This document shows, one piece after another, positions 17,310-26,502 of a stretch of DNA of 32,000 nt. The translations under genes were made by a program, and so were the position numbers. The stretch's first letter is position 1. Every line of letters begins with the position of its first letter. The stretch is from positions 1,170,001 through 1,202,000 of the forward strand of contig CP178758.1 of assembly GCA_047651235.1 (NCBI GenBank), given 5' to 3'. Origin of the DNA: Candidatus Electrothrix yaqonensis (GTDB lineage: Bacteria; Desulfobacterota; Desulfobulbia; Desulfobulbales; Desulfobulbaceae). The notes below the pieces were generated by a model that made no database searches, was not told the origin of the DNA, and worked only from the letters and a program-made list of their open reading frames with translations.

Positions 17310-18641
17310 ATGATGACAAAGAATACATATATAATTACAGCTACATTGTTTTTTATTGCAACCAATGTGCTACCGGTTCATGCCAGTAATGCTGATAGGC
17401 CGACTTTATCACCTCTAACCGGCGCCATCGAACATTCAATGAGAAATAAAAAACTATCAATTAAGAAGAATGCCACACTGAATTCTGCTCGTCCGGAGCT
17501 GAGGCACTCTTTAATTTCAGGCGGACTGTACGGTACAGATGGAAAAAAATTGTATCTGATTAACAAAAATACTGGTGCCGCAACGTTGATCGGACCTCAT
17601 GGGCCAGTTGAATTTTATCTTGGAGCATTGGCTTTTGACAGCGAAGGCGTCCTGTATGGTATTTCCGCTGGTGATAATGCTCAGTTATACACAGTTGACC
17701 CCACCACAGGCGCTGCAACTCCTGTCGGACCATTAGGGATAGGTTTTGTTTTCGAAGGTGGATTGTGTTTTGATGCTGATGAGCAGCTCTTTGGCGTTGA
17801 CCAGGGAAATTCTGCTGCTGCAAAAACGTTTACTATCAATACAGCAACGGGAGCAGCTACAATCGTCGGGCCGAATCAAAGTGAGGAGCGCGATATTAAC
17901 GGGCTAACTTTTGATGGCGAGACATTCTACGCAATTGATCGTATTAGCAATACATTAGGTACAGTTGATCCGATTACCGGAAGCTATACACCAATCGGAT
18001 ACCCTGAGACTACGATTGGTGTTGCAGGCGGACTGGCACATGATCCCGAAGATGGTACACTTTACGCTACCTTTGCAGACACCGGCGGATTTTATATCGT
18101 AGATAAAGCATCCGGGAACGCAACATTAATCAGTATAAATAATGTGGATTACGGTTTAGCCTTTGCGCCATTGCCTCCCCCAACCTGTGATGGCATAGCA
18201 GTTGACGCAACCGGCCAGATCAATATCAAGAACTGGGATGAGAACAGAGATATGGCCGCGTTCAAATTGAAGGGTGTCGAGGATATCGAAACTGCAGCAT
18301 ACGAAGCTGTAACAAACGGCACAGGTTTACTGTTTCAATTCGGTTCCTGTGGTAATCCGATAGACAGCTTCACCGCAGCCGGCAATGAACTCGATGTGGG
18401 AGGCAACAGAATGGTATACAGCGACGCTGACGGCAATATGGTGCGCTGTAAATTCAGTACAGAGGAATGCGTCGTCAGAATCAGGTATACAAGTTTTGAC
18501 GGAGCTGCTCTGAATGATCTTCTCAGCGGCGTTATGACTGTAAGCCTTCAAGTTGATGAAACGACATACACCAATACCGGTGAATGGCAACAGGTTGACA
18601 GCGGCAGCGGCAGCTGGACCAAGTACAAGAAAGCTAACTGA
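17310..18641 (+). CDS. Secreted repeat protein, probable five-bladed beta-propeller (DUF4394-like LY.VD..TGAAT.IG repeats) plus unknown C-terminal domain
   Basis: The start is moved to the ATG at 17310, behind the SD aaggggg. The signal peptide is MMTKNTYIITATLFFIATNVLPVHA. There are five repeats: LYLINKNTGAATLIGP, LYTVDPTTGAATPVGP, FTINTATGAATIVGP, LGTVDPITGSYTPIGY and FYIVDKASGNATLISI. The gene is AT-richer than its flanks. Confidence 0.7.
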   Translation: MMTKNTYIITATLFFIATNVLPVHASNADRPTLSPLTGAIEHSMRNKKLSIKKNATLNSARPELRHSLISGGLYGTDGKKLYLINKNTGAATLIGPHGPVEFYLGALAFDSEGVLYGISAGDNAQLYTVDPTTGAATPVGPLGIGFVFEGGLCFDADEQLFGVDQGNSAAAKTFTINTATGAATIVGPNQSEERDINGLTFDGETFYAIDRISNTLGTVDPITGSYTPIGYPETTIGVAGGLAHDPEDGTLYATFADTGGFYIVDKASGNATLISINNVDYGLAFAPLPPPTCDGIAVDATGQINIKNWDENRDMAAFKLKGVEDIETAAYEAVTNGTGLLFQFGSCGNPIDSFTAAGNELDVGGNRMVYSDADGNMVRCKFSTEECVVRIRYTSFDGAALNDLLSGVMTVSLQVDETTYTNTGEWQQVDSGSGSWTKYKKAN

Positions 18642-18677
18642 TTCACGCGGTATTCTCAGGAACTGAAATCTGACCAC

Positions 18678-18712
18678 ACAGCGGGAGCCGAACCTCCCGC
18701 TGTATTCTTTCT
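18678..18712 (+). terminator. Rho-independent terminator of the beta-propeller gene
   Basis: 10-bp stem acagcgggag / ctcccgctgt with a 6-nt loop, then attctttctct. Confidence 0.7.
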
Positions 18713-18767
18713 CTGCAATTCCGACTTGTTTCATCCTCCCCTTCATGTTATTTTTCAACGCATCATA

Positions 18768-18935
18768 ACAAATATGCGGGCCTCCTGGTCTGACGAGGCG
18801 GTTATCCTCACCCGGCCCCTTGACATGAGTCCAGAAGACTGCATATCATATATTAATGATGATGAACTGGTGGAGGTGACGCCCCGGATTATCGGGCTGC
18901 GCAAGCGGAAGGATAATCCGGGCCTGAGAGAGTAA
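18768..18935 (+). pseudogene. Detached, diverged copy of the typA 3' end (last ~50 codons)
   Basis: [48 protein letters not shown] aligns with typA [48 protein letters not shown]. By hand count 122/144 nt are identical. No upstream typA body is attached. Confidence 0.85.
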
Positions 18936-19151
18936 CTTGCTCCGAAAATATATGGTGAGCAATATGGGTAAAGACCCCTTTTTCCTTCTGGCTGCCGCAG
19001 CAGGTGCGGTGGCTGTTTTTTATTTTCTTCCAAAGGTACTGGCTGCCCGCGGCGTGGGCTGCCTGCCCTGAATACGGATGTACAGCTCCGCAGGTGCGGG
19101 GGTTCTTGTATATTTTTTCTTAAAAGCCGTGTTGTAAATAAAGATAACAGC

Positions 19152-19397
19152 GTGAAAAACGATAACCCTCAAGAAAAAAAACGATTCGAAGTTTCTTTTT
19201 ACCACGACTGGTGCAAAACCTGCGGTATCTGCATGGCCTTCTGCCCCAGAAACATTATCCGGCCGGATGAGAGCGGTAAACCTGAAATTACCGACAATAC
19301 CAGCTGTATAGGCTGCCGGTTCTGCGAAATGCACTGTCCTGATTTCGCCGTAACCGTTTCGGAACGAATAGTGTACGGGAGGCGGGCTGATGACTGA
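19152..19397 (+). CDS. korD: 2-oxoacid:ferredoxin oxidoreductase delta subunit (2x[4Fe-4S] ferredoxin)
   Basis: 81 aa with a GTG start. It has CKTCGICMAFCP and CIGCRFCEMHCP, and overlaps the next gene by 8 nt. Substrate specificity (2-oxoglutarate vs other 2-oxoacids) cannot be read from the sequence. Confidence 0.8.
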   Translation: MKNDNPQEKKRFEVSFYHDWCKTCGICMAFCPRNIIRPDESGKPEITDNTSCIGCRFCEMHCPDFAVTVSERIVYGRRADD

Positions 19398-20541
19398 AGG
19401 AAAACGACAACGCCGCCTGCTGCAGGGCAATGAGGCTATGGTTCAGGGGGCACTTGCGGCCCGCTGCCGTTTCTTTGCCGGCTATCCCATCACCCCGGCT
19501 TCGGAAATTGCGGAACTGCTTTCCATGCATCTGCCTGCAGTGAACGGCACTTTTATTCAGATGGAGGATGAAATCGCCAGCATCGGTGCAGTGATCGGGG
19601 CTTCGCTGGCCGGGGTCAAGGCCATGACCGCGACCTCCGGCCCGGGTTTTTCTCTGATGCAGGAGAACCTCGGTTTTGCCTCTGCGGCCGAGGTTCCCTG
19701 CGTGATTGTCAATGTCATGCGGGGCGGCCCGTCCACCGGCCTGCCCACCAGCCCGGCCCAGGGGGATGTGCAGATGGCGCGCTGGGGTACCCACGGCGAT
19801 CACCCTGTTGTTGTGCTGGCCGTCTCCACTGTGCTTGATTCCTTTACAATTACGGTTAAGGCATTTAATATTGCGGAAAGATACCGGGTTCCGGTTATCC
19901 TGCTTTCCGATGAGATTGTTGCTCACACCCGCGAAGCTGTGGAACTGCCTGCAGAGGAGGAGGTCAAGGTCGTGGACAGAATTTCTCCCAATGTGCCGCC
20001 GGACTGGTATATTCCCTATCAGGGGGATGCGCGCGGAGTTCCACCCATGGCCGCCTTCGGGGACGGCTACCGGCATCATGTGACCGGGCTGGTGCATGAT
20101 CCTCTGGGATTTCCCACTCAGACTTCCCATGAGGTGGAAGAATTTCATCACCGACTGACCAGGAAAATCACCCGGGGCCTGCCTGATATCCAACTGACCA
20201 AGAAATACTGTATGGATGACGCGGACCTGTTTATCGTGGCCTACGGCGCGGTTGCCCGTTCAGCCAGGCGTGCGGTTCAGGAGGCCAGGAATGCCGGGCT
20301 CCGGGCCGGACTTGTCCAGTTGATCACTCTGTTTCCCTTTCCCCGGAGAACCTTGACCCCGTATCTCCAGCAATGTCATTCCGTGCTGGTCCCGGAAATG
20401 AACATGGGGCAGATCAGCCGGGAGGTGCAGCGGATCAATCAGGGCAACTGCACGGTGGCCAAGCAGAACAGAGTTGACGGTAGGCTGATCACGCCGCAGG
20501 ACATATACGATCAGCTGGTCAGACTCAGCAGCAGACGTTAA
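19390..20541 (+). CDS. korA: 2-oxoacid:ferredoxin oxidoreductase alpha subunit
   Basis: LLQGNEAMVQGALAARCRFFAGYPITPASEIAE, ATSGPGFSLMQENLGFA and GGPSTGLPT. Confidence 0.88.
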   Translation: MTEGKRQRRLLQGNEAMVQGALAARCRFFAGYPITPASEIAELLSMHLPAVNGTFIQMEDEIASIGAVIGASLAGVKAMTATSGPGFSLMQENLGFASAAEVPCVIVNVMRGGPSTGLPTSPAQGDVQMARWGTHGDHPVVVLAVSTVLDSFTITVKAFNIAERYRVPVILLSDEIVAHTREAVELPAEEEVKVVDRISPNVPPDWYIPYQGDARGVPPMAAFGDGYRHHVTGLVHDPLGFPTQTSHEVEEFHHRLTRKITRGLPDIQLTKKYCMDDADLFIVAYGAVARSARRAVQEARNAGLRAGLVQLITLFPFPRRTLTPYLQQCHSVLVPEMNMGQISREVQRINQGNCTVAKQNRVDGRLITPQDIYDQLVRLSSRR

Positions 20542-20576
20542 ATTTACCTTTTTTAACAGTTTACCAGCAGGAACAG

Positions 20577-21419
20577 ATGTCTACTCCAATGCAGGCGTTG
20601 ACCCATAAGTATTTTCGCCATAAAAAACTCTTTCCCCATGTCTGGTGTCCCGGCTGCGGTAACGGTATTGTTATGGGCGCCCTGCTGCGGGCCGTTGCCG
20701 GACTCGGCCTGGAAAAAGACCAGGTCATGCTGGTTTCCGGAATCGGCTGTTCCGGCCGGATGCCCGCTTATCTGGATTTCAACACCCTGCACACTACCCA
20801 TGGCAGGGCCCTGACCTTTTCCACCGGTATCAAGCTGGTCAAACCGGCCCTGAACGTGGTGACCATCATGGGCGACGGCGACGCCACAGCCATCGGCGGC
20901 AACCATTTTATCCATGCGGCCCGACGTAATCTGAATCTGACGGCAGTCATCATCAACAACTCCATTTACGGCATGACCGGCGGCCAGTATTCACCGACAA
21001 CACCCTTGGGATCCCTGACAACGACCTCGGTATACGGCCATGTTGAACGTCCCTTTTCCATTGCCGAACTGGCAATGACTGCCGGAGCCTCGTTTGTCTC
21101 CCGGACAACCGTCTATCATGCTGCAATGGCTGATCAGCTTATTGCCCAGGCCGTGATGAAACCAGGTTTTGCCGTGGTGGAAATCATTTCCAACTGTCAT
21201 GTGCAGTACGGCAGGCGCAACAAACTGGGGAATGCTGCTGATATGCTGACCCAGTTCAAGGAGCAGTCCGTAACGGTCAGACAGGCCGAAAGCATGAGCC
21301 AGGAAGAGCTGCAGGAAAAAACTATTATCGGCGTTCTGGCAGACCGTGATCTGCCTGTTTCCACAGATGAATACGAAAAAGTCCGAGAGCAGGCCGGAAA
21401 GCAGCAGGAGGCACCGTGA
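20577..21419 (+). CDS. korB: 2-oxoacid:ferredoxin oxidoreductase beta subunit (TPP-binding)
   Basis: WCPGCGNGIV, SGIGCSGR, GDGDATAIGGNHFIHAARRN and NNSIYGMTGGQ. Confidence 0.88.
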   Translation: MSTPMQALTHKYFRHKKLFPHVWCPGCGNGIVMGALLRAVAGLGLEKDQVMLVSGIGCSGRMPAYLDFNTLHTTHGRALTFSTGIKLVKPALNVVTIMGDGDATAIGGNHFIHAARRNLNLTAVIINNSIYGMTGGQYSPTTPLGSLTTTSVYGHVERPFSIAELAMTAGASFVSRTTVYHAAMADQLIAQAVMKPGFAVVEIISNCHVQYGRRNKLGNAADMLTQFKEQSVTVRQAESMSQEELQEKTIIGVLADRDLPVSTDEYEKVREQAGKQQEAP

Positions 21420-22036
21420 AACCGGGATCGGGAACAGCACAGAACGCCCAAAACGAAGCGCAGCGTTATGAAATCCGTTTCAGCGGCTCAGGCGGCCAAG
21501 GGCTGATTACTCTGGCAATTATTTTTGCCGAAGCTGTAGGCGTATACAGCGACAGAGATGTCTGCCAGACCCAGAGCTACGGGCCGGAGGCCAGAGGCGG
21601 AAAATCCAAAGCTGAAGTGGTGATCAGTACCGGTGCTATTGATTATCCCAAAGCCTTGGGCCTGGATCTGCTGCTGGCCATGACCCAGGCAGCCTGCGAT
21701 GCCTATTTTTTTGATCTCAATCCGCACGGTATCCTCGTGGCTGATAAAGGGCTGGTGAAACAGCTCCCGACCAGCCGGGTCGTGGCCATCCCATTCACCG
21801 AGATAGCCAAAGAAGAGATTGGACGGGCAGTGACGGCCAATATGGTTGCTCTCGGCGCAGTGGGTGTGCTGTCCGATCAGGTTGATCCTGCTGTCCTGGA
21901 ACAGGCCCTGCTCACCAAAGTTCCCAAAGGCAGCGAAGACATGAACCGCCTAGCCCTGCAGCGGGGGATTGAAGAGGCAAAAAAAATAAACCTCGATACT
22001 CTGCCAAGATCAGTCATATCTGATGACGAAATGTAG
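21416..22036 (+). CDS. korC: 2-oxoacid:ferredoxin oxidoreductase gamma subunit
   Basis: The GTG start overlaps the korB stop (GTGA). The protein has RFSGSGGQGLITLAIIFAEA and SYGPEARGG. Confidence 0.85.
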   Translation: MKPGSGTAQNAQNEAQRYEIRFSGSGGQGLITLAIIFAEAVGVYSDRDVCQTQSYGPEARGGKSKAEVVISTGAIDYPKALGLDLLLAMTQAACDAYFFDLNPHGILVADKGLVKQLPTSRVVAIPFTEIAKEEIGRAVTANMVALGAVGVLSDQVDPAVLEQALLTKVPKGSEDMNRLALQRGIEEAKKINLDTLPRSVISDDEM

Positions 22037-22207
22037 GAAAGAGACGCCGCCTTCTTTATTTTTCCTGAAAAACCGTTTACACTGGTAACCCGTCAGAATC
22101 TGTCAGCACTGTTATCAATTTCTGAAGACTGAAAAGAAGTCCCCTGCCCTGCTGCCGCTGTTGTTCGGACCGCTGCAGGACTGGCGGGACCGGGAGGAGG
22201 AGTCTTC

Positions 22208-23242
22208 ATGCTGGTTATCTGTGAAGATTGCGCGAAAAAATACAGTATTGATGAAGCCAGGCTGACATCGGCCAAGGCAAAATTTTCCTGCCGTGCCTGC
22301 GGTCATATCATCGTGGTGGAAAAGCCGGAAACAGCTGCGCCCTCCCTTGCAGAAAACAAAGCAGCAGGTCAGGAACAGGCAGAAAAGGCAGATAAAAACA
22401 CAGAAACAGTACTTTCCTCTTCCGCATCTTCACCCCGGGCAAATTCTGCTCATGCAGCTGCCGCAAAGGGTGTGCCCCTTGCCTTTTATCTGTTCGTGTT
22501 CATGCTGACAGGCTTTCTATGTATCAGCGTTTTTTTCCTCTATCTGTATGCCGGTTCCATCCCGGAAGCGATCAACCACCAGCTTGAGCTGCGGGGTCAG
22601 GCCCTGGCCGAGTCGTTAAAAGAGGCTGTTACCAAGCCCCTGCTGGGGAAAAACTATCTGGAGGTCAACCGGGAGGTCGAACGGATGAGCAGGCTGCCCG
22701 GCGTAGCCTATGCTGCTGTCCGGAACAAAAAAGGGATTGTTGTTGCCGGGTTCTTCAGTCATCTGAACAGATTTGAGCCGGAATTCGCACGGAGAATCAA
22801 AACAAAAGGTTTTCCGTCTGATATTTTCAGAAAGAATACTGTTCGTTCCGGCAGACAGGAGGGCGGGGCCAGAATTTCGGTCGGCGGTGAGCCTGTGTAC
22901 GATCAGGTGACTGCTCTGCCTGAAACCATGGGTGAGCTGCATGTGGGCATTTATCCCGAAGAACTGAGCAGAAATCTTATCCGAACACTGTTTTCACTGC
23001 AGACTCTCCTTGTGATGCTTCTGTTTCTGGCAGCAGCCTATGCTTTCTTTATTCTGCTGGACAAAATGGTTACCGCCCCGATCCGAAATCTGACAAATAT
23101 TGCCAATCGGATCAGTCTGGGAGAAATTGACCTGGCCATCATATCAGCGGGCCCCCGTGAAACACGGGAGCTCGGAACCGCTCTTGAACGTATGCGTCAT
23201 GCTGTCAGAGTTGCTCTGGAACGCAGTGCAAATAACGTATAA
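22208..23242 (+). CDS. MJ0042-type zinc-ribbon / two-TM periplasmic-domain / HAMP protein with no output domain
   Basis: A strong SD (ggaggaggag) lies upstream. The zinc ribbon is MLVICEDCAKKYSIDEARL...KFSCRACGHIIVV. TM1 is LAFYLFVFMLTGFLCISVFFLYLY, followed by a loop of ~150 aa and TM2 LLVMLLFLAAAYAFFILL. The protein ends 20 aa after the HAMP-like APIRNLTNIANRISLGEIDL...TRELGTALERMRHAV. Confidence 0.75.
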   Translation: MLVICEDCAKKYSIDEARLTSAKAKFSCRACGHIIVVEKPETAAPSLAENKAAGQEQAEKADKNTETVLSSSASSPRANSAHAAAAKGVPLAFYLFVFMLTGFLCISVFFLYLYAGSIPEAINHQLELRGQALAESLKEAVTKPLLGKNYLEVNREVERMSRLPGVAYAAVRNKKGIVVAGFFSHLNRFEPEFARRIKTKGFPSDIFRKNTVRSGRQEGGARISVGGEPVYDQVTALPETMGELHVGIYPEELSRNLIRTLFSLQTLLVMLLFLAAAYAFFILLDKMVTAPIRNLTNIANRISLGEIDLAIISAGPRETRELGTALERMRHAVRVALERSANNV

Positions 23243-23368
23243 CAAAGGGCGTTCAGCCCCTACGTCGCGCAATTGCATGGAACAAACCCTCGCCCCCCAA
23301 AGGGCGGCGGACTGAGATATCAAGCGACCTCTGCAGCAGCCCGGCAAGTTGGTAATACCTTTTTCTTC

Positions 23369-24202
23369 ATGAATAAAATACTTTTTTTTCTCATCCTCCT
23401 CTGTTCCCTGTTTTTCCTGTTTTGCGGCGGCGTCTGTGTGTCCGCTGCGGCAGAAGAGTATACGCTTTCCATGCAACCGCTTTTTTCACAGGAAAAAACA
23501 ACGGCTGTACTGACATCTCTTGCAAAGGCGCTGACCAAAGAGACAGGAAATACCATCAGCCCGTTGCCGGTACAAAATACGGATCAATATACAGCGGATA
23601 TCCTGCACGGCAATATTGTTGTCGGATATGAAAATCCCTCGGTGTATGTCAGGCTTTCAGGTGTCCATGAGGTGATTGCCGCTGCTGTGCAGGGAGAAGA
23701 CGATAAAGGACTCAGAGGCATCATTATCAGCCGGCCCGAAGCAGGTATTACCAAACTGACAGATCTGAAAGATAAAAACATCATGATTGTCAGCCGGAAC
23801 TCGGCAGGAGGATTTTTATCGCAGAAACTGTCGCTCAGGGAAGAGGGCATTGATGTGGAATGGGACTGCCAGCTGAGCGAGGCGGCAGAAGGGCGCGAGG
23901 AAAATATTATCATTTCGGTGAGCATCGGAGATGTTGATGCCGGATTTATCAGTAAAGCAGCTCTGCATGCTGCTGACCGCTATATCGTGCCGGGATCAGT
24001 CACCACTGTTGCGGAAACTGCCCCTCTGCCCAACTGGACCTTCTCTGTGAGCCGCAATATGCCGCAGGAACAGAAAGATGATCTCCGGGAAGCACTTCTT
24101 CGCTTACCGGAAGATACCCCCGCATTCAGGGTACTGGGTATTACCGGATTCAAGGCTGCATCGGATACTGACTATGATATAATACGCAGTATTACCGACT
24201 GA
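23369..24202 (+). CDS. PhnD-like (phosphate/phosphonate-type) periplasmic substrate-binding protein
   Basis: The start is moved to the ATG at 23369 (MNKILFFLILLCSLFF signal peptide). The pattern YTLSMQPLFS...Y...L..G...VGYENPSVYV...RGIIISR....ITKLTDLKDKNIM..SRNSAGGFL is typical of the PhnD-like SBP fold. No ABC permease or ATPase gene is nearby. Confidence 0.75.
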   Translation: MNKILFFLILLCSLFFLFCGGVCVSAAAEEYTLSMQPLFSQEKTTAVLTSLAKALTKETGNTISPLPVQNTDQYTADILHGNIVVGYENPSVYVRLSGVHEVIAAAVQGEDDKGLRGIIISRPEAGITKLTDLKDKNIMIVSRNSAGGFLSQKLSLREEGIDVEWDCQLSEAAEGREENIIISVSIGDVDAGFISKAALHAADRYIVPGSVTTVAETAPLPNWTFSVSRNMPQEQKDDLREALLRLPEDTPAFRVLGITGFKAASDTDYDIIRSITD

Positions 24203-24257
24203 AAGAACGCAGCGTTTTCAGAAAAATATGTTCACGATATCATCAGGGCTGCTCTGA

Positions 24258-25307
24258 ATGCTTTTACCGAGGGAAAAACCGTTTCTGACCGGACTGAACA
24301 GCTATTATCTTGATCTTGAAAAATTTATTCAGCATCTGCAGGGTGAGATAGGTAGCGGCTGTCTGTACTGCAAGTCTGCAGACCAGGAACTGCTGGTCTA
24401 TTTTGACGAATATGACGTCATCCGCGGCGTTGTCCAGGATACCAGTGAACATGCCCGTGTCTCTCCGGACCTTGACCGGGTCATGGAATCCCTGCGCAGG
24501 AAAAATTTTCTGGTCACCATATATTATCTCGACCCTGATTCTATTTTTTTCTGGGGCCAGATGCCTGCGTTCAAGCGGGCAAAAGGTCTGCTTTCCTCAG
24601 ACAACATCAGTCTTCCTGACCTCATCTTCCGGTTGAGCGAAAAAGAATTTTCCGGCTTTATTGAAATTGATATGGAGGGACGGGAGGACTGTGCAGTGCT
24701 CTTCTTTCATCGGGGACAACGTCGGGGTGGCTCTTATTACTGGGGAACAGGCGGTCTGAGTGCTTCTGATACGGATTATAATATTCTGCTCGGTATGCTG
24801 CAGCAACACACAGGGCATTATAAATTAGCCTATTTTACCAGCGACCCGCTTTCCGTTGCCGCAGAATATGAAGACGAGCTGCAGGAACCTGAGACCGGAG
24901 AGCAGGAGGAGAAAACAGCAGAAGAGGAAAAAGCGCAATCCCCGGATCAGGCTGCGTTGGCCGTAATCAACGCGCTCAATGAATTCACAAAAATTTTTAT
25001 CCGGGTTGCGGGCACGAAAATCAAAACTGATCCGATTGTCGATTTGAAGCTAAAATTCGTTGATTTTGTCAGTATTTACCCGCAGCTTGATCCGTATCAG
25101 CATCTTTGTGCAATCGATACGGACGGGACAGTGACGCTGACAGGCGACATCCCGGCCAAGGAAGCTGCTGAAGGAATTGTTGACTGCGCTTGGATGGTTA
25201 TTGAGGAAAACAGGCTGCGTAAAAAATTCAGAGCAGCCCTGCAGGGAATGGCCGAAATGGCCTCAGGCGATCTCCTGCGCACTGAAGGTATCGATTTTAT
25301 CCGCTGA
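24258..25307 (+). CDS. Hypothetical protein with two N-terminal DUF4388-like modules, acidic linker and unknown C-terminal domain
   Basis: 349 aa. LDLEKFIQHLQGEIGSGCLYCKSADQELLVYFDEYDVIRGV and SLPDLIFRLSEKEFSGFIEIDMEGREDCAVLFFHRGQ resemble the L.DLLQ.L....SG.L......G.I.F..G pattern. The linker EYEDELQEPETGEQEEKTAEEEK is acidic. The family assignment is tentative. Confidence 0.6.
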   Translation: MLLPREKPFLTGLNSYYLDLEKFIQHLQGEIGSGCLYCKSADQELLVYFDEYDVIRGVVQDTSEHARVSPDLDRVMESLRRKNFLVTIYYLDPDSIFFWGQMPAFKRAKGLLSSDNISLPDLIFRLSEKEFSGFIEIDMEGREDCAVLFFHRGQRRGGSYYWGTGGLSASDTDYNILLGMLQQHTGHYKLAYFTSDPLSVAAEYEDELQEPETGEQEEKTAEEEKAQSPDQAALAVINALNEFTKIFIRVAGTKIKTDPIVDLKLKFVDFVSIYPQLDPYQHLCAIDTDGTVTLTGDIPAKEAAEGIVDCAWMVIEENRLRKKFRAALQGMAEMASGDLLRTEGIDFIR

Positions 25308-25354
25308 TTCCTTTATCATCCCTTTATCCATTTGTATTTCTTTTCCTTTGTCAT

Positions 25355-26464
25355 CTACATCCTCTGCGTTCTTCCTGCCAGCTGCCCGCAAGCCGCTGAA
25401 ATATCTGCTCCCCTGCTCTGGCGGATAAAAACCGTATAATGGGCATCCATGAGGATCTTTTGAAAACCGAGGAGCCGATCACGCGGTGGACTGCTGTACG
25501 GAACATCCCCTCCCTCATTCATGGCCAGCAGATTGATCTTGCAGGGAATGCCCCGAAGCAACCCGGCCAGTCTGCGGGCGTCATCATCCGTATCATTTAC
25601 CCCGGCAAACAGGGTATATTCAAACATGATCCGCTGTCGTTTTTTGCCCGGATATTCCCGGCAGGCTGCCAGCAGATCCTCAACGGGCCAGCGGTCATTG
25701 ACCGGCATCAGGCTGCTGCGGATCGTATTGTCCGCCGCATGGAGAGAAACCGCCAGATTAACACTGGTCTGTCTGCCGAGTTCCAGCATCTGCGGCACCA
25801 GGCCGCAGGTGGAAACCGTAATCCTGCGGGCGGCAAAATCCAATCCCCGCTGTTCCGTCAGGATGGACAGGGCAGCCAGCAGATTATCGAGATTGGCCAG
25901 CGGTTCCCCCATGCCCATAAACACAATGTTGGTCAGTTCCTTTTTCAGGCCGATCCGCGCCTCGTTCTTCAGCATCCAGTCACGGACTGCACAGACTTGA
26001 TTAACAATCTCAGCACGGCTCAAATTGCGGGTAAAGCCCATCTGTCCGGTCAGGCAGAAACGGCAGCCCATTGCACAGCCAGCCTGGGAAGAGACGCAGA
26101 GGGTATTGCGGTCTTCCTCCGGAATCAGAACAGACTCGATCATCGGGCCGTCCTCCAGCCGGAAAGCGAATTTCACGGCCCCGTCCGCAGAAACTTCCGT
26201 GATCGGCTCGGTGAAGCGGCTCATGCAGGCATGTTCGGCCAGCACTGCCCGGAACTCCCTGGCCAGATCAGTCATCTGGCCGAATTCAGTAATACCGGGG
26301 CGGTACAGCCAGGCCAAGATCTGGCGGCCGCGAAAGCCCGGTTGCCCCAAGGATTCCACATAGGCGACCAGCTCGTCCTGAGTCAGATTTTTCAGATCGA
26401 TTTTTCTGTGCTCTAGGGGCACCTGCTTATTCTTTTGTTCATTCTTCTGCTGCAGCGGCGTCAT
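25355..26464 (-). CDS. rlmN: 23S rRNA/tRNA (adenine-C2)-methyltransferase RlmN (radical SAM)
   Basis: 369 aa with FRGRQILAWLY, CVSSQAGCAMGCRFCLTG, MGMGEPLAN and a C-terminal GADISAACGQL. Confidence 0.93.
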   Translation of the reverse strand: MTPLQQKNEQKNKQVPLEHRKIDLKNLTQDELVAYVESLGQPGFRGRQILAWLYRPGITEFGQMTDLAREFRAVLAEHACMSRFTEPITEVSADGAVKFAFRLEDGPMIESVLIPEEDRNTLCVSSQAGCAMGCRFCLTGQMGFTRNLSRAEIVNQVCAVRDWMLKNEARIGLKKELTNIVFMGMGEPLANLDNLLAALSILTEQRGLDFAARRITVSTCGLVPQMLELGRQTSVNLAVSLHAADNTIRSSLMPVNDRWPVEDLLAACREYPGKKRQRIMFEYTLFAGVNDTDDDARRLAGLLRGIPCKINLLAMNEGGDVPYSSPPRDRLLGFQKILMDAHYTVFIRQSRGADISAACGQLAGRTQRM

Positions 26465-26502
26465 ATTGCGTTGAGTTTCATAGATTTATGAAGTTATGAA
26501 TT

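Noticed and set aside
19288-20193. 301-aa minus-strand ORF
   Set aside because: Antisense to korD/korA.
25439-26416. 325-aa + strand ORF
   Set aside because: Antisense to rlmN.
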